From assembly GCA_963790025.1 (NCBI GenBank), contig CAWBMP010000002.1, positions 288,001 through 352,000 of the forward strand: a stretch of 64,000 nt of DNA, in the 5' to 3' direction. Origin of the DNA: Nitrospirota bacterium (GTDB taxonomy: Bacteria > Nitrospirota > Thermodesulfovibrionia > Thermodesulfovibrionales > Dissulfurispiraceae). The translations under genes were made by a program, and so were the position numbers. Below, piece by piece: positions 20,442 to 28,480 of the stretch; position 1 is the stretch's first letter; each line of letters begins with the position of its first letter. The notes below the pieces were generated by a model. That model was not told the DNA's origin and did no database searches. It saw nothing but the letters and a program-made list of their open reading frames with translations.

Positions 20442-21319
20442 AAACTCCTCAAATAGTCGACCACATCTTCGACCGGCAAAAAACATAAATCGAATGAATC
20501 AACGCGCTGTCCGATTTGACCTAAAAATTCTACGGAATATTCCATTCCATCCTTGTTCCAGAAAGGAAGGAATGCATTTTTGATCAGTTCTGAAACCGGT
20601 TTCATCCCGCTGACCGGCGCAGCTATGTTGCATTCTGCATGCCTGACAAAAAAAATCTTATTAATGGGCACGCGTGAATTAACTGCATAATTGGCAGAGC
20701 CGTGCCATGGTGTGCCGTAAGCAAAAAAACCCTCATCAGACTCTGATACAAGCACCCTGTCATCGCTTAAAACTTTGACTCCCTGTTTCCCGTTCCATAA
20801 ATTTGCCATCGTGCTTTTGCCGGCGCCTGACCGGCCGACGAATAAATAACCTTTGCCGTTATCGTCCACACAGGATGAATGAAGCAGTACGCCATTGCCT
20901 CTGCCAAGCAGAATTATTGTCAACACTTCCAGGAAGGGGTATAAAAAATGATCTATGCCGGCCTTGTCAATATAAACAGTGCCGCATGTAAAATCCTCGT
21001 CAAACACCGCAAATAATTGTGGGTGGCTGCCTTTTCTTAAAGGTGGGACAGCCAGGGCAAATTTTGAAATTCCGTAAAGCCCCCATGTTGCGTCCGTCGC
21101 AAAAATTACGTGGTCTTGGACGTGCTCTTGTTGAAAGTCGCGTTTTGATAAACGTCCGGCAATAGATAACCGGCAGATAGAAACCGCGTCTGTGTCTCCT
21201 GAAATAAAAAACGGACCAAGACTTTCATCAAGCCTTATGTCATCCTCACAGGAAATGGAATAACCAATACCTCCGATGCGGATCTTTTGCTCACGCAAAC
21301 TGCTATTTCCAATCAACAT
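20438..21319 (-). CDS. HPr kinase-related P-loop kinase (RiPP-cassette type)
   Basis: LLHSSCV, FVGRSGAGKST (Walker A), LSDDR, YGTPWHG. Confidence 0.8.
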   Translation of the reverse strand: MLIGNSSLREQKIRIGGIGYSISCEDDIRLDESLGPFFISGDTDAVSICRLSIAGRLSKRDFQQEHVQDHVIFATDATWGLYGISKFALAVPPLRKGSHPQLFAVFDEDFTCGTVYIDKAGIDHFLYPFLEVLTIILLGRGNGVLLHSSCVDDNGKGYLFVGRSGAGKSTMANLWNGKQGVKVLSDDRVLVSESDEGFFAYGTPWHGSANYAVNSRVPINKIFFVRHAECNIAAPVSGMKPVSELIKNAFLPFWNKDGMEYSVEFLGQIGQRVDSFDLCFLPVEDVVDYLRSF

Positions 21320-21346
21320 TTTGACACAGGCATTTTGCCGGGACTT

Positions 21347-21508
21347 TTAGCTGCCCACGCTGCAATTAGCGCAAGTTGCTTTGCTTCTGCACCTTCCCAT
21401 GAACATGTTATTACCGGCTGCAGTTTTGCAATTTGCGAGTATAGCCTCATCGGGAGTTAATTCAACTTTGTGAATTTCAGGCTTCATATAAGGTTTCTTT
21501 TTTTCCAT
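21347..21508 (-). CDS. Putative RiPP precursor peptide, 53 aa, Cys-rich core
   Basis: Not in ORF track. MEKKKPYMKPEIHKVELTPDEAILANCKTAAGNNMFMGRCRSKATCANCSVGS; AAGGAG SD upstream; overlaps rSAM 3' end; YxxPxI leader motif. Confidence 0.85.
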   Translation of the reverse strand: MEKKKPYMKPEIHKVELTPDEAILANCKTAAGNNMFMGRCRSKATCANCSVGS

Positions 21509-22566
21509 GGCGCCATCTCCTTTTTTATAAGCTCTGATCTTTTATGAGCTATGTCACACAGATAATTTACAGGGCTTTCCCCACTCCTGTCACCTTCAAG
21601 CATCGATATGCCGGGGCAACTGTCACAAAATACGGCATATTCGCACCCCGCACAGTTTTTCGCCCCTGTTAATCTTCTTTCCCTGACAGCTGCAAACTTG
21701 CGGTAGCCTGCCATAAAACTATTATGCCTCAAGTCACAGTCCGGCTCCGGCACGAAGCCGCATATCCGCAATCTGCCCGAGGGATTAATATGGAACCTGC
21801 CTCTTCCCGCGCCGCAGTTAAAAAGATATTCTTCGCTTGCGGGCCCATTAAATTTTTCGTATAAATCTACCCATTCCCTTTTCCGCTCTTGATCGTTCAT
21901 ATCGAGTTCAACAACTTCGTCAGCGGTCACTCTTACATGATACGGTGACTTGGAACCGTCAAGAGTTGGGTTAATTGTGGGATCATATTTGAATTTTAAG
22001 CCGAGGGATCCGGCAAATCGTTTCATTTCCGCAATCTCATGTCTATTGATAGTTGTGACCATGGTCTTCAAAGATAATGGAATTTTATGCCTTACCAACA
22101 GTTGTATCCCATTGATACAGGCGTCATATGAACCGGCCACACCTGTAATTGACTCGTAAGTCTCCCTGCTCGCGCCGTAAAGCGTAATTTCGACTGAAAA
22201 AGGCCTCCACTTATTTAAAAATACCGCGGTGTCTTCGGTAATCAATGTACCGTTGGTAAAGAGTGTGATTATCAAGCCCTTCTTTTTTGCATATTTGTAA
22301 ATGTCATAAAAATCGTCTCTGATCAGAGGTTCGCCGCCTGTGATAAGAAGCCAGAGACATCCCGCGTCTACGATCTCATCCAGAATACGGTGTATCTCTC
22401 CGCAGGTAAGTTCATTTGCCCCCGAATTGTCTCTTATATAACAGTGGTTGCAGGTAAGATTGCAGTGTGTGGTCAGTTCTATTGTTCCGTCAAGCGGTAT
22501 GTCTTTTTCAATAGCTGCTTCATGGAGCCGCTCGCTAAATTTCCAATAATCGATGTGTTGCATCAT
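21484..22566 (-). CDS. Radical SAM/SPASM domain peptide maturase
   Basis: CNLTCNHC (CX3CX2C), TGGEP, FTNG; SPASM CGAG...SGRLRIC...CAGC..FCDSCPG...YLC. Confidence 0.92.
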   Translation of the reverse strand: MMQHIDYWKFSERLHEAAIEKDIPLDGTIELTTHCNLTCNHCYIRDNSGANELTCGEIHRILDEIVDAGCLWLLITGGEPLIRDDFYDIYKYAKKKGLIITLFTNGTLITEDTAVFLNKWRPFSVEITLYGASRETYESITGVAGSYDACINGIQLLVRHKIPLSLKTMVTTINRHEIAEMKRFAGSLGLKFKYDPTINPTLDGSKSPYHVRVTADEVVELDMNDQERKREWVDLYEKFNGPASEEYLFNCGAGRGRFHINPSGRLRICGFVPEPDCDLRHNSFMAGYRKFAAVRERRLTGAKNCAGCEYAVFCDSCPGISMLEGDRSGESPVNYLCDIAHKRSELIKKEMAPWKKRNLI

Positions 22567-22850
22567 GCCTCTTCCAGAAATTTAATGCCGATCAACTCCC
22601 CGATAAATTCAGAGACATCCGCTGCTGCAGTATCAGCAGAGACCTCATATTCATCTTCAATTGCCTTGCACAGCACAGCAATACTCCTGTTGCCGTCCAG
22701 AAGTTCCCAAATCCTTGTGCCTACTTCATTCAAGGTGTATACACTTGACAAATCTCCAGCATTGTTTACTATCGGGACCAGCACGCACTCATCCCCGATC
22801 CTTCTGAATACGACACCCTGGTTCTTTTTGAAGACAGCATGCGGCATCAT
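22563..22850 (-). CDS. PqqD family protein (RiPP recognition element)
   Basis: YTLNEVGTRIWELLDG...EYEV....AADVSEFI..L signature; overlaps both neighbours. Confidence 0.92.
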   Translation of the reverse strand: MMPHAVFKKNQGVVFRRIGDECVLVPIVNNAGDLSSVYTLNEVGTRIWELLDGNRSIAVLCKAIEDEYEVSADTAAADVSEFIGELIGIKFLEEA

Positions 22851-24046
22851 TACTCGTTCTTCCCGAGGCTTTGCAATTCATCGATCTCATCGGGAAAACA
22901 TGCCGCTTTTATCTGTAAAACATGGTCCTTCATAAGATCGACGGTTCTTGGTTCATGTATCTTTTGACCGTAGACATCAAAGACTATTTCTATCACCGGC
23001 CGGAGGGGCGCGAGCCTGTTTACGGATATGACCTTTGCGATCTCTTTTGAATTGAGTTTTACATAACTACCAAGCGGAAAGCCTGAAAACTCGTTTACAA
23101 GTACCTTTAGGATGCTGCGGGGAAATTTCTCTTTCGAGGTCATGATTATATGTTTTATCGCGTCGAACGGCAGGTATCTGTCTCTGAACGGCCTTACTTG
23201 CAGCGTTGCGGCGTATATATCGGAGATGCCCACAATACTCGCATTATTTAATATCTCATCGTTCTTAAGCCCGTTGGGATACCCGGACCCATCGCGTCTC
23301 TCATGGGTCTGGTATGCAGATTGGGCAATATCACCGTATCTCGCTTTAAGTTCCTTCAGTCCTTTCAGTATGTTGTATCCTTGTTCAGTGTGCTTTTTCA
23401 TTAAAGCCAATTCCGCGGAAGTTAGCTTCCCCGGCTTTTTGATGATCTCGGGGGAAACCATAAGCATGCCCACATCCTGAAGAAATGTCAGCATTGCCAG
23501 GGCCTCCAGTTCCTCGTCGATCATTTTAAGTCCAATTCCTATTCTGACAGCAATTATTGCGGTGTTCAGGGAATGGATTACAAGCTGTATAACTACATTG
23601 TCGTCTTTTACTCCCTTGTATATGAGCAGTATCCACGGATTGCTGTCCTTTTGCATGCATGAGGCGAAGTTTTTTGCATACGGTACCAGAGGCTCGACAG
23701 AGAAATCCCTGCCTTCCTTAATAAGCTGGAAAACATTAAAGAGGCTTTCCTTTGCGCCGTTGAATAATTCTTTTACGTGCCTGCAGACATCCGGCCTTTC
23801 AGGGACATACTGTCCTTCAATCTTCCTGAAAGCGAGGTCCTTTTTCTCATCCGCGGTCCTGCCTGGTCCATCTGAAATACTAGAGGCCGGCGTCTTCTCA
23901 ATAGCCTTGAATGAGAGGTCTTTTTTTTCAGGAGAGCTCGCACTTGTTACCTCTGCAGTATGGGCTGCGCTATCCTCAAGATTTTTGAATGAAATTCCAT
24001 TTCCACTGGAAGACGTTTTTTTTATGCTCCCAGATTTATCAGTCAT
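22850..24046 (-). CDS. HD-GYP domain protein, degenerate active site
   Basis: KPGKLT, HERRDGSGYPNGL, RPFR, PLGSYVKLNSKEIAKV; canonical HD reads QD and HHER reads THER. Confidence 0.82.
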   Translation of the reverse strand: MTDKSGSIKKTSSSGNGISFKNLEDSAAHTAEVTSASSPEKKDLSFKAIEKTPASSISDGPGRTADEKKDLAFRKIEGQYVPERPDVCRHVKELFNGAKESLFNVFQLIKEGRDFSVEPLVPYAKNFASCMQKDSNPWILLIYKGVKDDNVVIQLVIHSLNTAIIAVRIGIGLKMIDEELEALAMLTFLQDVGMLMVSPEIIKKPGKLTSAELALMKKHTEQGYNILKGLKELKARYGDIAQSAYQTHERRDGSGYPNGLKNDEILNNASIVGISDIYAATLQVRPFRDRYLPFDAIKHIIMTSKEKFPRSILKVLVNEFSGFPLGSYVKLNSKEIAKVISVNRLAPLRPVIEIVFDVYGQKIHEPRTVDLMKDHVLQIKAACFPDEIDELQSLGKNE

Positions 24047-24860
24047 CCGAATACCCGTGTTTCCTCTCATCGATAAAAACTTTGTTCACAACGTCTTTGT
24101 CCACCCAGAGTTTATTTTCAGAGAAGCCTGTAAGCAGAGAAAGGTCGCATATCTGGTTTACCCTCCGCGGCACCCCCTTTGTATGCTGGTGTATCAGTTC
24201 TATAGCATCCATTGTAAATATCGGGTCATTGGTCCTTCCCGCCTTCTTCAATCTGTAGAATATATAATTTTTTGTATCGGGCAGAGAAAGGTGCCTCAAA
24301 TGGAATTTTATGGTAAGTCTCTGCTCAAGCGGGAGTATGCGGTGGACTGTTTTCCTCAACTCAGGCTGGCCTATAAGCACAAGTGTAATAAGGAACCTGC
24401 CATCCAGCTGAAAATTCAGAAGCAGCCTCATCTCCTCCAGGATTCTCACATCCGTAATCAGATGCGCCTCGTCTACTATCAGGACCGTTCTTTTCCCGTT
24501 GTTATAGTTCTTGACTAATCGATCATTTATCTCGTGTAACAGGTCCAGTTTGCCGGTAGATTGGGTCTTAACATCCAACCGGAATAAAATCTCCCTCAAA
24601 AAATCATTGAGATCAAGTGTAGGGTTGGAAACTATTCCGACATTGATACCTCTTTCCGTCAGTCTTTTTTCCACAACCTTTATAATTGTCGTCTTTCCCG
24701 TCCCTACCTCGCCTGTAAACAAAACACCGCCTTTATCATATGTTATGCCATAGAATATCCTTGCTCTTGCTTCCTCATGAACAACAGACGGAAAATAAGT
24801 GTCAGGCGTGCTTACATTCTGGAATGGTAATGTCGCTAAACCCCAATAACTTTCGTACAC
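24039..24860 (-). CDS. ExeA-like AAA ATPase
   Basis: MYESYWGL...PF, TGEVGTGKTT, IVDEAH, LIGQPEL, GVPRRVNQICD. Confidence 0.88.
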   Translation of the reverse strand: MYESYWGLATLPFQNVSTPDTYFPSVVHEEARARIFYGITYDKGGVLFTGEVGTGKTTIIKVVEKRLTERGINVGIVSNPTLDLNDFLREILFRLDVKTQSTGKLDLLHEINDRLVKNYNNGKRTVLIVDEAHLITDVRILEEMRLLLNFQLDGRFLITLVLIGQPELRKTVHRILPLEQRLTIKFHLRHLSLPDTKNYIFYRLKKAGRTNDPIFTMDAIELIHQHTKGVPRRVNQICDLSLLTGFSENKLWVDKDVVNKVFIDERKHGYSDD

Positions 24861-24956
24861 ACTATCCTTTTGACCCTCACCCTAACTGGCGAAGCGCTAC
24901 AATTTGGCAACAAAATGTTGTATCGGTATCTTCACAAAATAAAATAATACTATGGC

Positions 24957-24986
24957 ATTATATATAAATTTTCCTTATAGTGTCAA
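24957..24986 (-). promoter_or_regulatory. Sigma70 promoter for the RiPP/polysaccharide operon
   Basis: Perfect TTGACA (24986-24981) N18 TATAAT (24962-24957). Confidence 0.75.
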
Positions 24987-25085
24987 TGTCTTGAAAGGGA
25001 GATGCCGCTATTCAGGAAACAACACATTATGATACTGCCGGCCAGTGTTTAAAGCCGGAGCCAACGGCTGAGTTCGATACAAAAG

Positions 25086-25113
25086 TTGCATAAATTCGGA
25101 AAAGTCCTATAAT
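25086..25113 (+). promoter_or_regulatory. Sigma70 promoter of selC
   Basis: TTGCAT N16 TATAAT, ending 9 nt before the tRNA. Confidence 0.65.
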
Positions 25114-25122
25114 ATCCAGCAT

Positions 25123-25220
25123 GGGAGTGCATAGGGTTCTGGTGTCCCTCCTGGACTTCAAATCCAGTGTTGCCGGCCACAAACCGGCAGGGTGGGTTCG
25201 ATTCCCACACGCTCCCGCCA
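25123..25220 (+). tRNA. selC: tRNA-Sec (anticodon UCA)
   Basis: CTGGA-CTTCAAA-TCCAG anticodon arm, long variable arm TGCCGG/CCGGCA, T-arm GTGGG-TTCGATT-CCCAC, GGGAGTG/CGCTCCC acceptor, G discriminator + CCA; 98 nt. Confidence 0.93.
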
Positions 25221-25227
25221 GTTAACA

Positions 25228-25530
25228 TCAGTTAGGCTTACCGACTGCCGTGCTTAAATCAGATTCGTTCGTGATGGGGGGTTGAATATGATGACAATTT
25301 ATTATCGTAAGTTTCTTCTTCGCTTTCCCGGATATTTTCTGCAGACATAATATCTGTTCCACGAAAAACTCATCGGTTTCCGAGACGTCTTTGAAATCCA
25401 TTATCAGATGCTCTGAATTGCTTAATCCTACAAAGAAAGCTTTTTTGAGTTTGGCAGCATTCCCGGACGTAAATTTACCGTAAAGCTTTAAAACGCCGAA
25501 GCCGTTGTGTTGCTCGAAATTAAAAGACAT
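25228..25530 (-). CDS. STAS domain protein (anti-sigma antagonist-like)
   Basis: LKLYGKFT...LKKAF...LIMDFKDVSETD pattern; 100 aa; the usual phospho-Ser after D is not evident. Confidence 0.6.
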   Translation of the reverse strand: MSFNFEQHNGFGVLKLYGKFTSGNAAKLKKAFFVGLSNSEHLIMDFKDVSETDEFFVEQILCLQKISGKAKKKLTIINCHHIQPPITNESDLSTAVGKPN

Positions 25531-25590
25531 TTATACCGGCCCTCTCCTTGGCCCTAAACATTGCACGGCAATTCAGGAAATATATCATTT

Positions 25591-25701
25591 AGGATACAAT
25601 TTATTTGTTACAGCAATATTAATACATTGTTGTAAATCGGTTACATTCCCGGATCCACTTTTTGAACCTGTAATATTCCTGTAACAAGTCTCTGTTATAG
25701 T
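25591..25701. promoter_or_regulatory. Divergent Pho-box-like (OmpR/PhoB family) promoters
   Basis: Plus strand: CTGTAAT-ATTC-CTGTAAC (25668-25685), 10 nt, TATAGT. Minus strand: CTGTAAC (25613-25607), 10 nt, TATCCT. Palindrome TGTAA-N5-TTACA at 25631-25645. Confidence 0.5.
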
Positions 25702-25749
25702 AATGTATTCATTCAATCTGACATAGTAACCGGCAAGCGTGTAATAAAT

Positions 25750-26337
25750 ATGCTTGAGTTCATTCGCTCCACTTATTTTCAGGGTCTGCTGAACAGCTTT
25801 TCGGCTGGAGTTGTGATCTTCAACTCCGAGGGCCTTGTTTATGCAGTGAATGAATCAGCGTACTCTATCCTTGACCTGGAAATGGGGGAGCAATTCAGAA
25901 AACTATGGGTGGAACTCTTTGCAGGGTTTGAACAGAAGGAACCGCTCAAAGAAATCACATGGGAAGTCGAAACAGAGCCATGTGAACTACTTGCAGACTG
26001 CAGAGAGCTTTCCATGGGTATTGCAGAAATATTTGCAAATTCAATCGAATCCATTGCTGCGTCTCGTGGCGCGATAAAAGTTTACGGGTCCATGCATGAG
26101 GGGATATACCTTCTGGAAATCACAGATACAGGCAAGGGCATACACCCAGGGAATCTGCAATTTGTTTTCGATCCATTTTTCACAACGAAAACGGTGGGGG
26201 TAGGTATGGGTTTGTGCAAGGCCGAAAAGACCATAAAAGATCATGAAGGCAGCATCGTTGTCAGAAACGCTGACGGCGGGGGCACAACTGTATCCATAGA
26301 ATTCAAGCTGCCTAAGTATACCGGACTCACCGCCTGA
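25750..26337 (+). pseudogene. Sensor histidine kinase remnant: partial PAS joined directly to HATPase_c, no HisKA/H-box
   Basis: N-terminal LLNSFSAGVVIFN..VNESA (PAS start); C-terminal NSIE, DTGKGI, FDPFFTTK, GVGMGL, HEG boxes; only 195 aa. Confidence 0.6.
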
Positions 26338-28438
26338 CTGCCAGTACCCCGTCGATTTGCGAAATCTTATTTACAAGTGAAACAACCTGGCCCCTGTTTT
26401 TGACTTCAAGCGTACATTCAAGCACTGCCCGTTGATCGTGCGTTGATGCGGCCTGCAGATGGCTGATATTAACATTGGCTCCGGATACAAGCGCGGTAAT
26501 GCCGGCGAGGATGCCGGGTTTGTCCATGCACTCTATATGGAGTTTTACTGTTGCGGTAATATCGGAGTCCTGGCTCCATTCCACCTCTATAAGCCGTGCA
26601 CTGTCAACGGCAAGCCGCTCGAGATTGTGGCAGTTCCTCCGGTGAATGGTCACTCCTTTTCCTATTGTGATAAAACCTGCTATGTCGTCCCCGGGCACCG
26701 GGAAACAACATCTGCCGATGTGATACATAACGTTGTCGATTCCGGTGATCGTTATGATGCTTCTGCCTTCCTTATGCGGCTTCGTAACCTTCGGAACGAC
26801 TTCCGCCTCCTCTTTCTCCGGCACAAATTTGTTGACGACCTGGTGGGCGGAAACCTTCCCATAGCCGACAGAGACATAAAGGTCCTCGATTGACATAAGG
26901 CTGAAGGATTTTATGATATCTTCCATTTTCTCAGATTTAAGCACTGAAAGGGGCAACCCATGCCGCTTGATCTCGTCTTCCAGAAGCTTTGTCCCCAGTT
27001 CACTGCTCTTTTTCCGTTCCTCAGTTTTCAGCCACTGCTTGATCCTGGTCCTTGCCCGCTGCGTTACTACAAACTTCAACCAATCCTTGCTCGGGCCGTG
27101 TGTAGGGGAGGTAATTATATCCACGACATCGCCGCTATTCAATGTGTACCGCAAAGGTACGATTCTGCCGTTGGCCTTTGCACCGACACATTTGTGGCCG
27201 ACCTGTGTATGAATGCTGTAGGCGAAGTCGACGGGTGTGGAGCCCACCGGCAGTTCCTTAATGTCGCCTTTGGGCGTAAAAACGTACACGGTCTCCGGGA
27301 CCACTTCTCCCTTGACCGCTTCAAGAAACTCCTTTGCGTCGGAAATGTCCTTCACCAACTCTCGCAGCCAGGCAATAAAGCGTGCGTTTTTCTTGTCAAG
27401 GCTGTCTTTTTCCTTGTACCTCCAGTGAGCGGCGATGCCATCTTCGGCAAGTTCATTCATATCATCGGTGCGGATCTGAAATTCCACCCGGTCCCCTCCC
27501 GGCCCGACTACTGTGGTATGGAGCGATTGGTACATGTTCGACTTGGGAAGGCTTATAAAATCCTTGAATCTGCCCGGTACGAGCGGCCATAAAGAATGGA
27601 GAATACCGAGTATGTCGTAGCAGTGACCCACAGTGTCCGTTATGACCCTGATTCCTATAACATCCTGCACCTGCTCAAACGGGATCTTCTGTGTGATCAT
27701 CTTCTGGTAAATGCCGTAATAATGCTTGATCCGGCCTTTTAACACGGCAGGAATGCCTGCCTGCCTGAGTTTTTCAGATATGATGTCCTTTACCTCGCCG
27801 ATGTAACGGTCCTGCTCCTCCCTGCGTTTCGCAACCTTCTTTTCAAGCTCGCTGTACAGGTCCGGCATAAGCGCCCTGAAGCTCAGGTCCTCAAACTCCG
27901 TACGCAGCCAACCTATGCCCAGCCTGTTGGACAGCGGGGCATAAATATCGAGGGTCTCTCGTGCAATTCTTTTTCGTCGTTCCTCGGGCAGATGTTCAAT
28001 TGTCCTCATATTGTGGAGCCTGTCGGCAAATTTGATGAGTATGACCCGCACGTCCTTGGACATGGCGAGGAGCATTTTCCTGAAATTCTCGGCCTGGGCG
28101 TCCTCCTTGGTCTGGGACTCCACCTTCGACAATTTCGTCAGGGCATCAACCAAAAAAGCGATCTCGTTTCCGAATAATTCCCGTATATCGTCGGTTGACA
28201 TGCCGGTATCTTCAACCGTATCGTGCAACAGGCCTGCAGCTATCGTTGCGGTATCGAGTTTCATATCCGCAAGGAGGTCGGCAACGGAGAGCGGATGGGA
28301 TATGTAGGGAGACCCCTCTTCCCGCCGCTGGCTGCAGTGGGCCTCGCTGGAAAATATGTACGCTTTTTTTATGCGGTCGACATTTGCCTTTGGATTGTAT
28401 GCCAAAACTTTTTCTATAACACTTTCGACCGTAACCAT
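26327..28438 (-). CDS. spoT: Bifunctional (p)ppGpp synthetase/hydrolase (RSH)
   Basis: PYISHP, LLHDTVED, KFADRLHNMRT, YQSLHTT, EFQIRT, AAHWRYKE, TGS and ACT domains. Confidence 0.95.
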   Translation of the reverse strand: MVTVESVIEKVLAYNPKANVDRIKKAYIFSSEAHCSQRREEGSPYISHPLSVADLLADMKLDTATIAAGLLHDTVEDTGMSTDDIRELFGNEIAFLVDALTKLSKVESQTKEDAQAENFRKMLLAMSKDVRVILIKFADRLHNMRTIEHLPEERRKRIARETLDIYAPLSNRLGIGWLRTEFEDLSFRALMPDLYSELEKKVAKRREEQDRYIGEVKDIISEKLRQAGIPAVLKGRIKHYYGIYQKMITQKIPFEQVQDVIGIRVITDTVGHCYDILGILHSLWPLVPGRFKDFISLPKSNMYQSLHTTVVGPGGDRVEFQIRTDDMNELAEDGIAAHWRYKEKDSLDKKNARFIAWLRELVKDISDAKEFLEAVKGEVVPETVYVFTPKGDIKELPVGSTPVDFAYSIHTQVGHKCVGAKANGRIVPLRYTLNSGDVVDIITSPTHGPSKDWLKFVVTQRARTRIKQWLKTEERKKSSELGTKLLEDEIKRHGLPLSVLKSEKMEDIIKSFSLMSIEDLYVSVGYGKVSAHQVVNKFVPEKEEAEVVPKVTKPHKEGRSIITITGIDNVMYHIGRCCFPVPGDDIAGFITIGKGVTIHRRNCHNLERLAVDSARLIEVEWSQDSDITATVKLHIECMDKPGILAGITALVSGANVNISHLQAASTHDQRAVLECTLEVKNRGQVVSLVNKISQIDGVLAVRR

Positions 28439-28480
28439 CTATGATTATAACTCCATGATGTTATGTTATGATAGTGCTTT

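Noticed and set aside
20438..22850. Lasso peptide or PQQ biosynthesis cluster
   Set aside because: No asparagine-synthetase-like cyclase or transglutaminase-like B2, no pqqB/pqqC, and the peptide lacks the PqqA ExxxY core.
23562..24518. Long antisense ORFs (this 318-aa one, also 58846..59685, 33682..34353 and others)
   Set aside because: They shadow well-supported genes on the opposite strand and show no family motifs.
24870..24905. ops/JUMPstart element in the operon leader
   Set aside because: Only GTAGCG matches; the GGCGGTAG core is absent.
25123..26337. Genomic island integrated at selC
   Set aside because: No integrase and no duplicated tRNA 3' end seen in the window.
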